Positions 1 to 14,870 of a stretch of DNA of 64,000 bases are shown piece by piece (position 1 is the stretch's first letter; every line of letters starts with the position of its first letter). The notes beneath the pieces are model-generated. The model did not search any database, had not been told where the DNA came from, and saw only the letters and a list, made by a program, of their open reading frames with translations. Source of the stretch: Lingula anatina (lineage: Eukaryota > Animalia > Brachiopoda). A program made the translations under genes and the position numbers. The DNA is taken from assembly GCA_051362555.1 (NCBI GenBank), contig CM120645.1, positions 4,154,001-4,218,000 of the forward strand, in the 5' to 3' direction.

Positions 1-1928
1 GTGGACTCTGGTGGTTTAGCTTTGGTCAGAGTAGACTAAGAGTTTTATTTTAAAAGTTCCGACCAATTTTCAGGCTAAAATTTTGTGAAATGATACCCTG
101 TTGCAGCTCACTTTTTTATCCCTGCACTTGGACATGGGTTTTTTATTTTTATTTTTATGTTCTTAAGTAAATGTTATAAGAACCACTTTCAGTAATATTA
201 TGAATATATTTGTAGAATTGTTATAACATGGTGGACAGTAAGTTGGAAAAGACCGTGCAAGAACATCCTTGTAAAATGGGCATTAATGAAAAAGAGGTAG
301 CATCCCTCCATCAGTTTTCTTCTCTATTTTATTGAAAGACAAGGAAGTGGAAACCCTACACTGATACATTTTTAACTAGTCCAATATTTGTTGGCTCTTG
401 TGGTGCAGCGTTCTCGCTTGGGATTAATTTAGACTGGAATTGAATGTAACACTTTATCATCACTTTAGTTTGGCCTCTTTGATCTCATCTTTTTACAGAT
501 ATATCCAAAAGAAATATGATTATCTTCGTCGATTTACTGTAAAGTAGTCCGTGTATAGGTCTATGCGAAGTAAGTCTGCAAGTCCGTAATCTAGCTTAGC
601 AGGTGTTGTGAAAGTCGTATCGATGAGTTAATGGCCATTTGGACTTCAAATAACGGCCTTGGAGAATTAAAGAAAATCTACAGTGATGGCTTTCTCATAA
701 ATTGAAAACAGCCCTGATATTCTGAAAGTCTTGTGAGAATTACTTTGAGATTATGTCTGTTTTGTATGGTCAGTGATTGTTATTTTATTTTTCTGGAAAT
801 GGCCTTGTGTCTGTTTGGCAGGGATTACTAGGTCTGCTACTGATTTGTGCCATTTTAACCATGAACACATTATCATCTGCATGTTTGGTTAAACAGGAAA
901 CTGCTTCTGAAAGGAAGTGTTACTGATTTCTAGTTTAAAAAAAAAATGAAAACAGTGACAATTTTAGTCAGGAGTGCACCAGTGGGTTATCCAGGATGTG
1001 TCAACAGATTTTATGGAAAACCCAAACTGGTTTTGGTCCGAAATGCATCACAGAATGATCACAGTCAGATCTGTTGAAACAAAAAAAAAAAATGTAGATT
1101 TTGTGGGGTAAGTGGCTTTTTATTAGCTGTAAGAGAGAGAAAATGTTAACTCCGTTGAGTTTCAGTCATTTAGGCATTCATTTATTTTTAATGTGCTGTG
1201 TCGAACTTGTGTGGAATCTTCCATTACGTTAGACGTAGTGGGGTTTCTTTCTGTTATTAATAAACATGTTTGGTGTCGATAATTTACTGAGGATAAAAGC
1301 TCAAAATTATTAGTTTGAATTAATGTCCGAAAGGTTTTCTTTAAGTACTACAGAAAGAGGAAAAAAGTTGCATTGTTACATTGACATGAGTTTAGAATTA
1401 TACTGAAAAATATATTGATAATTTTCTGAATTAAGAATCATGCCTATGTAGGGTATACAGACCCATATATTGCATTGCTTTTTATCATGGTATTAACAAA
1501 GAAGGTTATTAAGCATAATTGTTCATATCCAGATCACCTAAAAAGTGTTTTTGAAAATTCAGGTAATTAATTAAGGTGAATGAATTAATTTGATTTTTTT
1601 CCTCAACATTTAAGTAAAAAATTTAAGACCAATTGTCAGATATAAAAAAAAATTGTGTTTGTGAAAATATTCCCAGGTGTTTTTGATTTTACTCCCACTC
1701 TTCATAAGAGCCGGAGATCATTTATCAGTTCCATAGTGGTAATATAGATAAGCAGTGTTCAATAAGTTGTTGGTAAATAAGTAAATAAGGATAAAATTAG
1801 CCTTGGTAGGAATTATACAACTTCTCTGGTGATAAATGTTTTATATTTCCCTGAAAGTTTGTTTTGACTGCCAGCTGTCAGGTATACATTTAGGACTGCT
1901 TTCATTCAACAGTGTTTTAAGGATCTAA

Positions 1929-2107
1929 GGCCGCATTCAGAACAGTGGACTAACTAGTCCGCGGGTCACATATGGCCGACCCACTTGAATACTTCCCCAT
2001 GGGGAATCTATTCAGTGTCTGTTAGTGGATTAGATGACAAGCTTTTTAGTGGGTTGCCGTATTTGACCCGCAGACTAGTTAGTCCACTGTACTGAATTCA
2101 TGTGGCC
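1929..2107. mobile_element. MITE family C (long TIR GGCCGCATTCAG...GGACTAACTAGTCCGCGGGTCA), TAA target duplication, PIF/Harbinger-Tourist-like
   Basis: Inverted ends of ~50 bp with TAA on both sides; related copies at 10806-10965 and partial ~10663-10770. Confidence 0.8.
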
Positions 2108-2904
2108 TAAGTGATCAGTAGGGTTCTTTCCCTTAAAATAAGAGAAAAAAATTCTTGAGAAGATTAGGTATCTTGTCAGTGAACATTTAATTTGACATCA
2201 GTAGCATGTAGAAGTAACTTCAAAAAGAGCTAGTGTTTTGTACATTTCTCATTCTTGTATCAGGTCAGTTTGAAAACCTTTCGAATGCCACATCATGCCT
2301 TCATTGTTCATCGTTCTTTTACATTAGCAGCATTTTTTTTCTCACTTTTGCATATTAGTTAGTTGGGGTCTCCGGAAGATGCCATCCATAAAACTCAAAT
2401 CAGTGTGGTCTAACCTATTGAAGTGGTATCAGTTTGAATGGCTACACCTGAAATTTGCTTTTTCCAGTTCATGTATACCATGTGTTATTCTGGACTCTGT
2501 ACCCCCATGATAATACCTGTATACTTTAGAGTGGGAACAGTTGTAGTGCTATACAGTGCACAAGCCGGGGAATTTTGTGGTAATTGCTCTCTAAAACCAA
2601 AACAAAACATGTAAGGATTTCCTTGTAATAATTATTTTGAATATTAATACTTGGAAAAGGATGACTAAGAGAGTTTGAAAAGCAGGAAGTATGTTAATCG
2701 TAATAAAGTGATTAAATCCTGAAATCTGGATTTATGGACATTGTATTTATGCCTTCTGAGTGATTACAAAACTGGAGAAAATGAAGTATTTGGAGGTGGT
2801 TGGACTCTGTTATTAATAGATACTGCTTTCCCATAGCCTAATTGTACTAGTGGGATAGATCTATCTCAGATTCTCACTAAGATGCAGTCAATGTTATAAG
2901 CTTA

Positions 2905-3161
2905 GGCTTCATTCACATGCAATGTCTATTTTCTAAATTCTATTTTCTATTTGCGGTATGTCTTATGATCACGGTTCGTGCCCTGAATATCCCGCGGCGT
3001 AATTACTGGCAGAGCTCGCCAGTTACTATAAGTTACTATAAGTAACTGGCTCGCGCTGCCAGTAATTACGCGGCGGGATATTCAGGGCACAGACCGTGAT
3101 CATAAGATAGTGCGAATAGAAAATAGAATTTAGAAAATAGACATTGCATGTGAACGAAGCC
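2905..3161. mobile_element. Almost fully palindromic MITE family B, TTA target duplication
   Basis: GGCTTCATTCACATG...CATGTGAACGAAGCC with ~120-bp arms; second copy at 33363-33586. Confidence 0.85.
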
Positions 3162-5247
3162 TTAATTTTCTGGCATGGCCCATTGCACATCAACATGAAC
3201 AACATCATGGACCAGAATTTTTTTCCGACTTCACCCAAGTACGTTAAGTTACGACGAGGCATGTCAGACGTTTAAGCTGCAAAATACTGAATTCAGTTTA
3301 GCGAGAATCCTTGATAAGTTTGATCGATCCAGCTAATACGATAGGGTTAGGGGAATGGGGTCTAACACTGCTAGTTTGTGTAAGTGCAAGTTTGTTAACT
3401 ATAGCCAGCTTATCCCAAATCTTGTTTTTGACCAAATTTTCTCTGTTGACAACTCTTTTTAATGGTCATCACTGGAGCATTAGGTTAAGGCCCAACATTT
3501 TTTAGTGCCCATACATTAGATTTGACCATGTTTATGTCAAGTATGTAATGAGCTGTCTTAAACCTCATGCTGAATTGAGCATGGCTGGATAGATAAATTA
3601 TTATTAAATTGAGAAAACATTGGGAAAGGGTTAAGTGTATAGGGTGACCCAAACATGTTGTCACTCTTCAACTGTCTATTACTCAAAATTTGTTTTGATT
3701 TAGAAGTATTGATGTGATACAAGTCTTATAAATTGAAGAATATAATATGAGAACAATAACAAAAGGACAAAACAGAAAAGAAAACATGTTCTAAAAACAA
3801 AATGAAAATTGTATATATTTGTAATGGGCAGTCTGAGTCAGAGAGTGAGTGAATATTTGGTATACCCAGTATTTGTGGAATGCACCAGGTTGAGCCAAAT
3901 ACCTACATCTTTTAGTCATCCATATATATTTATATTGTCCAAAGCAAAATTGTTAGCGTTTCCTATTTATTTATTAGTTATTTGTTTATTTATTATTTTA
4001 TTTATTTTTTATTTTTTTCTGAATTGAAATGAATTCAATTATATGTTTTGTTTCAGATACTGACCTACTTAGACAACCAAACCTTCTTAAATATATTTCT
4101 TGGCAAGTTGGCATAACTTAAATGACCAAAACAAGCAGTTGTTTACCCTTTAAATGACAATGGTTGGTGATAATCACTGTTCTGGATGAGGGTAGATTGG
4201 TGGTTTTCCATTACACTGTAATTTTAATGCATTTGTGGAAACGTTTTAGAATTCTCTCTCAGGCCTTGTGCTCTATAAAATGCAGTACTAAAGCAAATGA
4301 ATGTTTTAATTTTATGCCACTGCATACACTTTTCATTAATAGCCAAAATAATGTTTTCTTTCCTTGGGATGAGGACCTAAAAAGATGGTTAATGTTTACC
4401 TACAGGTTCATTTGCATCACTGAAGCAAACTAATAATGTCAATTCATATTCTAAACACGTTGAGCAAGTTCACAAAAGAAGTCTTGCCCAATAATTGAAC
4501 TAAGCTTGTAGGGGCACATTCGGAACAAGTTGATTTGCGGACTAGCAGACCCGCGGATCAAATATGGCGCCACCCTCTTGAAAGAATCCATTGTCAAATG
4601 CGTATCGTATTTGATGTGCAGACGAGTTAGTCCCGATTTGACATCTTCATTGAAGTTAAGACCAAATTTCGGGCAAAAGTTATTTAGTAGCACAGGCCTT
4701 TAGAGTAAATTGGATAGTCAAAGTATAATTGAACTCCTGTGACAGATTGAGAAGAAGCCTGGTTTCTCTGCTTCAGTCGAGGATTTGTTATCTTGAAAGG
4801 TGGTGACTTTAAGGACACCTTACATGCTCCATTTGACTTTATCTGTTTGTAAACATAGGCTGCCCAATATTCATTCTGCTGGTACCCCTCAAAACCACCA
4901 TTTTCATACCTAAAATCCTCTTTTCCATTCATTTTTTGTCAACCTAAGGCAAAATAATTGCTTTTATTTTCTGACTGATTTTTGAATCACATTGTTATTT
5001 TGGTCATTTTGCAGTGGCTTTGATCTTATTTATAGTGCCTGTTATCTGGTCTACTTCCATGGGTGATAGTGGAGATATCGCATATTAAATGTGATAAAAT
5101 GATTTAAATAATATTGATGTCATTAAATGCAAATAAGGCACCTAAGGTATTATAATCCAACGTGAAGTTGGAAGCTGGCTGGAAGATTGCACATCGTGAT
5201 TTTATTTTTGAAAAAATGTCTTACCACAGCCGTTAAGGACAAATTAA

Positions 5248-5553
5248 AGGGATAACAACTCTTCGTATGAGATCTATATTTCTCAATAAAAACACTGTTA
5301 ACAATTCATAGAAATATAATATATAATTTTACCACAAAAATGGCAGTTAAATATTCTGAAATCTGTGCTTGACATTGAACCATGTGACCTCCATAGATGG
5401 CTATACTCTGTAATAATCTCTTAGGAGATAATTACCCAAAAAAAATAAACAAACATGTAGAAATGGACTCATTAACCTTTGGTAAGTGTGGGAAAATTGT
5501 TGTTTACCCCATGAAAATTCATTTTTTGGCCAGAATGAACAGTTGTTATCCCT
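5248..5553. mobile_element. TTAA-flanked MITE (TIR AGGGATAACAAC), Kolobok/piggyBac-type
   Basis: TTAA on both sides; homologous copy at 60258-60599, partial at ~58797-58935. Confidence 0.8.
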
Positions 5554-7408
5554 TTAATTGATCCAGTATAAATACTAGTATGTTCAACCCTGAAAACACT
5601 GAAGGCCATTCAGCAAACATGTACTAGTAGGGATCTTTTATCACCATCACTGAAAGAGATTTCTTTTAATATTATGTGGTCGATAAAACTTTGTGTGGAT
5701 TTTAAGTCAATCTTTACAACGTTATTGGGGTTTAGGATAGTATAACTTTATAGTCACTGACACACTTTCATTTGACTTACCTCTATTTTATTTGCATAAA
5801 CTGAAAATGGCCAAGGAAGGCCCACGTCTTTTCACCATAAGTCTAAAATTACCTGTCATTTGGATTTCTGTGTTTGATTATTGTGAAATTTCATTTATGT
5901 GTCACTGTGTGAGGAGAAAATTTAGGTAACAACAAGCATACTTTCGAGTTCTTTGGTCAATGAGATCCATAGCTTGATGGAATTGATTATAAAAAGTTCA
6001 AAAAATTTGTTTTGAACACAGACTTGTTGAAAGCAGATGACAGTTCTCTCACTTAAGGCAAATTGTTCTGTATAATATTGGCAGAACAGTTACTTCAAAA
6101 TTTATGTAACTTTGTTCTAATATCTTGAATTAATTTTGAGCTGCTAAAGATTAGTTTTGTTAATGACAGCTGCGTAGTAGAATTGTGGACAGAATTCGCT
6201 TCCCGTTGATCAAATATATTTTGATAGACTGTGCTGAGGATTACAGTTTTGCTAATAGTAACATTTCAGATCGATTTTCAAATAGGATTGCAGTACTACA
6301 GTAATATAGGTTGACATGCAAATAATCCTCAACATTTTATCCATCCAGAACTGTAATTTCTTCCTCCTCCTGCCTTGTAAAATAACTTGATTCAGGGACA
6401 AGGAGGTTGCATTTTCAGCTTTTAAGCACATTTCATGTTAAGCAGTCAGAATGTGACTGAAGGTAAGATAAGACATAGGATGAAGAACTCCCACCAAGCT
6501 GAATAAGAATAAATGCTTGAAATAAGCCTGGAAAAGCACTTACTGATTCTTTATACTAAAGTGCAGTATTGACTGGCGAGGGAGTTGGCTTTACCCCTGG
6601 AGGATACATTTCTGAAACAAAAATTATAATTGGATATCTGTAGGTTATTGCAGGCATCAGGTGCCTCTTGGTTATTATTCATTTAATCAGCTTAGTCGGC
6701 ATGGAATATAACAACTACCTCCACCTTCCAGTATATGAGTGAATCGGTGATGTGGATGGTAAAGGATATAGGTGGATGATGTGACGGAACAATAGGACTA
6801 CACATAGCATGTCGACACAAAGGAAGTCAATAAAAGAAATTCAAAGTTCTGTCAGATATTTCCGCTGGCTGATTGAAGGATATAGTGGCCCATTTCTTGT
6901 CTAAAATCATTCAGTTTGGTTCTCTTAGTTTAAATCATGAAAAAAATCAGAGTGTGAATTTGTCTAAATATGAGTACTAGTAGTTTCTTGAACAGTTAAA
7001 CAGATGGTTTGGACAGTATATCTCTCTCAATCTCTCTCACACATGCAAACAAGAAATATTATAATCAAAAATTGCTTAAATTTTTAGCGATCTCTAAGCC
7101 GCAATCTGGATTGATTGATTAAAAAGTACTTGTACAGAGATGCTGCATTTTCCACAGCCAGAACACTCTTTTCAACGCTGGAGAACAAATACGACAACCT
7201 GAATGATGGTGTAATTTGGTAAACACGCAGATCAATAAGATATTGGGCTGTTATGCATGGTTTGTTAGGCTAGGCTGTGTTATTATTGTAACTTGATTTA
7301 TTGATTTTTCCCAGGGGGTGGGTGGGACCAAACATGTGTAACAGAAGATAATTTGCATATTATGAGAGAGAGAGAGAGAAGGGAAGAGAAGGGATGGGGT
7401 GAGACAGA

Positions 7409-7613
7409 GGCCCCATTCCCACAGATTTTAGATCGATTATCCCTGTGGGGAGTCTCACTAGAGTACTGTCAGCTTAAATGTCTGTCCCGCCTACTAAAAG
7501 CTGTAAGTGGGTAATTAACTGCCGTGCGCGCTCGTCTGACAGCAATTTAGCGTGAACCCCCAGGGAGTTAGGTCAATTTAGATGGATCGATTTAAATCTA
7601 TGGGAATGCACTC
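7409..7613 (+). mobile_element. MITE family A copy
   Basis: TIR CCCATTCCCACAGATTTTAGATCGAT; internal GGAGTCTCACTAG and TGTCCCGCCTACTAAAAGCTGTAAG. Confidence 0.8.
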
Positions 7614-8587
7614 AGAGAGAGAAGGGAGGTGAGAGAGACTAGAGAGACAAACATGTGAAGTCAAAAAAATTACAACACAGTAGAAGATTTTTATGAATAA
7701 AATATATAATTTTTTAGTATGAATAACACCAGTCTAGTTTCCCACAATGAATGTGTACCAGGAGAGACAACAACTCTATTACATTCAATTTTGGAATGTG
7801 GATGTCAAGCGCCTTATGTCCTGCATTCAAAAGGATAGTGATATTCTTTTACAGATATTGTAAAGAGAACCGTGTTAACCTGGGCGTTAATACAACCCTG
7901 TCCATTTTTCCAGTGACAAAGCTGCACTGTTATTATAACATTTAACATGCTGGGGGCTGTTTCACTTCTTATTGTGTGTAATGGCAGGTACTGTTTAACA
8001 CTATGGAAGAAGACCTTTTTAGCATTATATTTTGGTGTAGTATTTATAGTTTTGTGACAAAAGCACTGTGATGTAGTGATATGTTACTGGGGAGATAAAG
8101 ATTCCTTAAGTCAGTATTCACAGAAATCCTCAACAGATTGAAAGATTATTACATCTGTTATTACAAGTCAGATCAAGATGGCAGTCTTGTTTACTCAAAA
8201 GAAACATACAACCAGTCTATTTAAAACACACTGCCAAAGATTTGGACTTGCGGACCAGGTTAGAATAGGGAAAATGGGGAAAAAAACTTTTGGAATCTTG
8301 ATGTCAGACTGAAAAGACAGGCAGCTCATAGGCATAATTTGCTTTACTCTCCCTTTCTGTCTCTCTATTTCCTTCCCTTTTATCCCCCCCCCCCCTCTCA
8401 CTCCCATTACATGCAATCTAATGCTGATCATTGCATTGTGTAAGCTAAGACATATTTAGCAAAAGTCAGGAAGAAGCTTATCTTTTAGACAATTACAGAT
8501 GAAATGATCGATTGCAATTGCGTGTTCCCATCTTCAGCACTGTCAATTTTGTTGCATGATTTAATTATGTTTTTTTATATGTTTTAG

Positions 8588-8630
8588 GTGCTGGAGAATC
8601 TGGGAAGTCCACCATTGTGAAACAAATGAA
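8588..8630 (+). CDS. GNAI: G protein alpha-i subunit, coding exon 2 (P-loop GAGESGKSTIVKQMK)
   Basis: ttttag|GTGCTGGAGAATCTGGGAAGTCC...ATGAA|gtaagt; 43 nt, the canonical Gi/o exon 2 size. Exon 1 not found in the window. Confidence 0.96.
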
Positions 8631-9119
8631 GTAAGTGATCAACATCTGGACATAAAGAAGAAATATTTTGCTACTTGTGTGCTTGTGAAAATACGTCTAA
8701 TGGTGTAAATTCAACTTCCTGTCACCTTGTTAGTAGTCCAGTAGCAATTAGCAGCTACCACTTCAGTAGTTTTACAGTTGAACATTCATTTAATATGGAT
8801 AACAATTAACAGGGCCACAACACTTATTCAAGGTTTCCTTTTCCCTTCAAATCTGTAAGTGGCCTGAATTGGCAGTTTGTTTGTTAATTGTTACCCTGTT
8901 ACCAGAGAGCTTCATTCCTGACATAGTCCAAATGGTCACATTGCTGCAGCCAGTTATTTTCATCTTTTGCCTTGAAATGCTGCTGTTCAGAATTGAAGGG
9001 CAAGAGATTTAAATGAAGTCAGTCAGTCTCTCTCTCTCTCTCATATTCTGTCATGAGATGTAAATGGCAAGTTCTGTACTTTAGGAATGTTAGTTATCCA
9101 CTTGGAAATGATCTGATAC

Positions 9120-9660
9120 CAACCAAGATATACCCACACACCCAGCAGGAAATAACAACGAACCCAGCAAGATATAACCACACAACAAACAAGATATATC
9201 TTTAAACCCAGTGAGAAATAAAACTCGTACCCACCAAGAAATAACCAATCACCCAGCAAGCTATAACATTAAACCCAACAAGAAATAGTCTTTCCTACCA
9301 AGAAATAACCTTGAACCCAGGAGAAATAAACTCATACCAACCAAGAAATAACCACACACCCACCAAGAAAGAACCTCACACCCACCATGAAATAACTACA
9401 CACCCTGGTCCCACCAAGAAAGAACCTCATTCCCACCAAGAAATAACTACACACCCACCAAGAAATAACTATATATCCACCAAGAAATAACCACACACCC
9501 ACCAAGAAATAAACACAAGCTCACCAAGAAATAACCACACACCCACCAAGAAATAACTATATATCCACCAAGAAATAACCACACACCCACCAAGAAATAA
9601 ACACAAGCTCACCAAGAAATAACCACACACCCGCCAAGAAATAACCTCATACCTGCCAAA
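9120..9660 (+). repeat. Minisatellite, ~20-21-bp unit (CACCCACCAAGAAATAACCA)
   Basis: More than 20 degenerate copies in G-alpha-i intron 2. Confidence 0.9.
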
Positions 9661-10084
9661 AGATGCTCCGGATGGAACTATCGTCTGAGGTAGAGCAAAC
9701 TAACATTGCTGGGACTTTTGTTAAATACAATCAGATTAACACACCTTCTTTTGTTTCTAATGTACTTGTGTAATCACCAACTTTTCTGCATGCTACTCAG
9801 TGCTAAGAGGAGGTGTGTCATTTCGTCAACCTGATTACATTCAGTGAGAGTTCATGCAGAGTTAGAACACCCCAGTAGGATAGTTTCATTGTGAACCTTA
9901 TCCAACCATCCAGCCTTGCCACAAATGACTAGCTTTCAGTTGCCTGCTGCTGTGCCATGATTATGGCTGAAGGGCAGTGTGATTCATGATAGCTCTTGAA
10001 TATATTGTAATCATAGACTGCTTTGCCAAGCACCTGCTCCTGATAACAGGCCAATTTCTAAGAGTTGATATGATGCTGGTTACA

Positions 10085-10388
10085 GCACTTACACAGTTTA
10101 AACTAGCTGCAATTCTTGCAAAATTTAAGGCTAGCTGCATTCCTTATGCAGTTTAAAGCTAGCAGCAGTCCCTACACAATTTAAAGCTAGCAGCAGTCCC
10201 TACACAATTTAAAGCTAGCTGCAGTCCTTACACAATTTAAAGCTAGCTGCAGTCCTTACACAATTTAAAGCTAGCTGCAGTTCTTACACAGTTCAAAATA
10301 AGCTGTAGCCCTCATTCAATTCAAAGTTAGCTGCAGTACTTAAACAATTCAAAGCTGGCTGCTGTAAACACAGTTTAAAGCTAGCTGG
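10085..10388 (+). repeat. Minisatellite, 28-bp unit (ACACAATTTAAAGCTAGCTGCAGTCCTT)
   Basis: About 10 copies. Confidence 0.9.
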
Positions 10389-10805
10389 AAGGTGGACTAT
10401 AAATACAGGCAAAAAAATCAGTTTTCTATTAAAAGTGATCTAAGATGATGGACTGATATTTTACTACTCGTTTGAGATCTATAGAGGAAAGCTGTTGATT
10501 CTGATCTTTGAGTTTAAGTCCAAAAATGATGGATTTGTTTTCACGTCTCTGTGAAATTACTGCTCATGTCAGGCAGAAATGATCAATGAGTTCTCATATT
10601 CCAGTGTTGAGGTTAGATTTTGTTTTTATAAATGTAGAAATAACTGACAGGTTTAGTCTTTAAGGGCCCATTCAGAATGAGATGGTCTGCAGACTAACAG
10701 ATCCACTGATCAAGTATGGCTGACCCACTATAAAGTGTTATCCCCTAATTAATAGACACTGAATTAAATCCCTGTGATTTTACTTTGGTTGTGAATGCTG
10801 CCGAA

Positions 10806-10965
10806 GGCCCCATTCAGAATAGGGCATTAACTAGTCCAAGGGTCAAATATGGCCAACCTTGAATACTTCCTATTCAGTATCTATTAGGGGATTAGATGGC
10901 AAGCTTTTTAGTGGGTTGCATTATTTGGCCCTTGGACTAGTTAGTCCCCTATTCTGAATGGCGCC
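10806..10965. mobile_element. MITE family C copy
   Basis: Homologous to 1929-2107, with inverted ends. Confidence 0.75.
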
Positions 10966-11189
10966 AAAGACACATAACAAGCAAAAATACAGCTGTGTGC
11001 ACCTGTTTTTCAATAATGTAACAGGCTATGCCAGAGGCCCCTGGGATACCACACCTGATATGAGAGGGTAGGTTTTATCCTGAATTACGTCTTGACTTCA
11101 CTCGTTAAACAAGGCATCCATCATTGTAAACAGTATTATTATGATGGAAGGCTGCGCAGCTACTTTCTCCAGAACCAAGTATAGTATAA

Positions 11190-11358
11190 GACCCCTGTGA
11201 GGAGTCTCACTAGATTACTGGCTGGCTTAAGCGTCTGTCCCACCTACTAAAAGCTGTAAAGCGGTAATTAACTATGGTGTGCGCTCGGCTGACTGCAATT
11301 TAGCGTGGACCCCCAGGGAGTTAGGTCAATCTATATCTAAATCTCTGGGAATGTACTC
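11190..11358 (+). mobile_element. MITE family A copy, 5'-deleted
   Basis: Internal sequence matches 13713-13938. Confidence 0.75.
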
Positions 11359-11447
11359 TAAGTCCTTCAGTTACTTAAAAAGTTATTGGATTTCAAGTGA
11401 TTGGCTCAATAGACTTATTTGATGACGCATTGCAAGTTTAACAAAAT

Positions 11448-11496
<49 letters not shown>

Positions 11497-12233
11497 GTAA
11501 GCACAAGACCTTATCTCACTTTCAACACCTGTTCATACTATATGATATGGTCTCCATGTCACAAAGCTTCCCTTGTGACCTTCTTAGGGGGAAATATTGA
11601 AGCCATTTAGTCCAAATGATAGTAGAAAATACATATCACATAGCGATAAGCTATTAAGGTTAATAGTTACGCTGGGGCAAGTTGACAGCATTTAAGACCT
11701 GTAACCCATCCTTCTTCTTCAAGTCCCATTAGATTGCCTTAATCACATATTGCTGGAGATTAGTCCTAATGGGCAGCCTCGCTAAGCCCGTCCATCTGAA
11801 AGCGATTTCCATCAACATTGTCAATATTCTGTTTACTGGCCTTGCTGGTAGTATGGCGGCATCCAGTGTCAGCGTGTTTTTTTTCCCCTCTAATAACTCA
11901 ACATGAATTTCAAATTTAATGATTACGTGCTATAATTTGTTAAATGATTGCAAACTTTTTTCTTTTGCTACTCGCAGATCAGAAAGATTGACTTTGCATG
12001 TGTTTTTTTTATGTAAATAAGGTCATTAAAAACTTGAAATAATGTTAAATGCATGTTAAATGAGTTTGAAAATGCCCCACAACTATCATATGCATATATA
12101 TATCCTGCAAAAATTTTCAAGTTTCCCAATTCGGACCTTAAACTTAACAAAGGTCTTTTAATTCGACTTGAAGTCAGGTGCTTCTTGGGTTCCAGCTTTG
12201 TAGAAGTTTGATTGCGAGGAGCTTTGACCACAC

Positions 12234-12400
12234 TGGTAGAGCTAGCAATTTTTTTCGCTTAGCCAAATCACCACATTTTCATCAATTGTTATCAAAATGG
12301 TTATAATTTGGCTAAAACATGTCAAATCAAGCCCTTTTTCTTTAGCCAATTTAAGTCAGTTTTAGCATTTGGCTAAATTGGCGAGTGTTAGCTCTACCCC
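12234..12400. mobile_element. Small TIR element (GGTAGAGCTA...TAGCTCTACC)
   Basis: Inverted ends and internal TTAGCCAA/TTGGCTAA subterminal repeats. Confidence 0.5.
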
Positions 12401-13712
12401 AGGCACATCACATGCAGGAACATGTTATTCGCTGTGATCTGCAATTTATCTAAAACTTGATGCATAATGTATGTAAAATCATTGTGACTTTTTTATGGAA
12501 AGGATACATGCAGTGTAACCAGTACTCGGGCCTTTTTCACCAAAAAATGTTCAGTTCTTAGGCTTAGCTTATTCTGCTGAGTGCAAGAATTGGATAACAA
12601 GCTTCACAAAGTCACCTCTGTGACATTGGTCTGGGAGTTTTTAAGGATGGTCGCCTTACTAAATATTATGTATTAGGCAATTATAAGTGATCTGCTGTCA
12701 CTTCTGAGAATTAAAACTCCTGTCAAGACACTCGCATATTGCTTAAAGCACTCCCTTAAAACACATTTAAAGGAAGAGATGAGTGGTCTTTATAATTCTT
12801 TGTGAAACGCTCCTTGGCTAAATCTTAGTGGTATTAAAATTTAGACACAAAAAAACTGATTTTTATTGTAAAACAGCCCCCTGGATACATATGTTCAGAT
12901 TCTACTTACTCAAGGTGCTTGTAAAAACCTCACAGAATGGGGCATATGAAGCATACACCATCTGACCTTTACATACAAGAATGTGGTTGTTTTGGAGGGA
13001 GAGTGCATAAACGGCACTTACTTAATGTGAGCCTGACATTTCTCCAACATTTCATAAGTGCTTGAAGAAAGATTGAACAGAAATGGTTTGATGAGACACC
13101 TGGGTATTTGACCTGTACATCCATTAAGTTCACTACTTCAGGTAAACTTACTTGGCTTTATGCATTAAAAATGCCTGTAATGTGAACGCTTTTAGTCACA
13201 TTTACATTGAAGATGGGCCAACCCTTCTCGGTGTGGAATGTGAATATTGAAGCCACGCTTACACTGAAGATAGGGCAATCATTCTCAATACATGTGTAAT
13301 GTGAATACTTCAGTAGCATTAATGATTTACATTGAAGATAGGTCCAACTTTCTCCCCTCTCAGGATCTTTTCAAGTGCGCATCATATTTGAGCCCCAGTT
13401 CAGTTAGGCTTGGCTCAACTTGGTTGTGAACAGGGGTTCTGGTACCATATGCTCACTGTTGTTCAGCAAATGTAATCCTCTGTTCTCCTGAACAAGTTGC
13501 TATGCAGTGTATCCAGGGCACTACGACTAGTTACTCTTATCATATGGCCTACACAGAACAGTTGTACAGAGTATTTGGTAATGTTTTTTGAACAGACTTT
13601 CATGAAACAGCATGTGGGTGCCAAATAACCAATTTTTTTTCCCAACTTACATAAGACACACCAGTCTATCATGAGGTGGTTGTTCTACATGTTCCAAAAA
13701 CCAAGACCCTTA

Positions 13713-13938
13713 CACCCCATTTCCATAGATTTTTAGATCGATCTATCCCTGTGGGCAGTCTCACTTGATTACTGTCAGCTTGGCTGGCTTAAGTGTCTGT
13801 CCCGCCTACTAAAAGCTGTAAGGGGGTAATTGACTATGGTGCCCACTTGGCTGACTGCAATTTAGCGTGAACCCCCAGTGAGTTAGGTCGATCTAAATCT
13901 TAATCTCTAGATCGATCTAAATCTCTGGGAAAGCACCC
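13713..13938 (+). mobile_element. MITE family A copy, TTA target duplication
   Basis: TTA on both flanks; nearly identical to 40107-40331. Confidence 0.88.
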
Positions 13939-14524
13939 TTATAATAGAGCTTTAAGACAAAACACCTAAACAGCAAATGAAAGGAACTCTATCTACCGTA
14001 TTACATGTGACTCTGATCCACCACCACCACCACATGCACGCATGCACGCACGCACGCACACACAGGAAAACAAGAACAGAGACTGTAAGGACACACCTTA
14101 CAGCTGTTTAAAAGCGGGTTCCTCAGGCTCTGTTTCTATATAAAAACAGGAAAATATTCTAGCTAGAAAGCAGCAATGGACCTGGACAAATGACAGAGCA
14201 GCAGTCAGTATACATCTTCATTTACTCTGCCATGATCTCCAAGGAAAATATTAATTGATCTGAATAGTAGTGACCTTTTCAGTGCAAATTATCACCTCAA
14301 TATTTTGTCCAATTTTATTCATCTGGCATCATCACTATTAGATAATGTGGCGAGGAAGATTGTTCTATGACGTGGGCAGGAGAACCGGAAATTGTTATCG
14401 CTTCAGGGTGACAGTGATGTGAATTTTGCTCTTTTTCGATGATGCTTCTAGAAAAAACAAATGCTTTTCAAGATTGAGTGGTAATTTGACATTATTACTA
14501 GTATGCACACGTGTAGGCAAAGAG

Positions 14525-14587
<63 letters not shown>

Positions 14588-14728
14588 TGTGACATCAGTT
14601 TAAACATTTTGCTACATGAATTAATTACATCATTTTTCAATATAAGCTACATTTATCCAAGTTTCATTAGGTAATGTAATTGATCATTTGTATCATTGAA
14701 TTCTTTTCTCTCTCTCTCTCTCTCTCAG

Positions 14729-14870
14729 AATCATACACGACAAGGGTTACTCACAAGAAGAATGTCTTCAGTACAAACCGGTAGTGTACAGCAACACTAT
14801 ACAAAGCATGATTGCCATTATAAGAGCCATGGGACAGCTCAAGATAGACTTTGGACATCCTGACAGAGCT
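14729..14870 (+). CDS. GNAI: G-alpha-i exon 3 ([12 protein letters not shown]...DFGHPDRA)
   Basis: (CT)n tract + cag acceptor, gtgagt donor, 142 nt, phase continues from exon 2. Confidence 0.96.

Noticed and set aside
1-8587. G-alpha-i exon 1 (MGC... myristoylation start)
   Set aside because: Not found; this stretch is interpreted as intron 1
9120-10388. Regular short repeats resembling CRISPR arrays
   Set aside because: No unique spacers, no cas genes, eukaryotic intron; these are ordinary minisatellites
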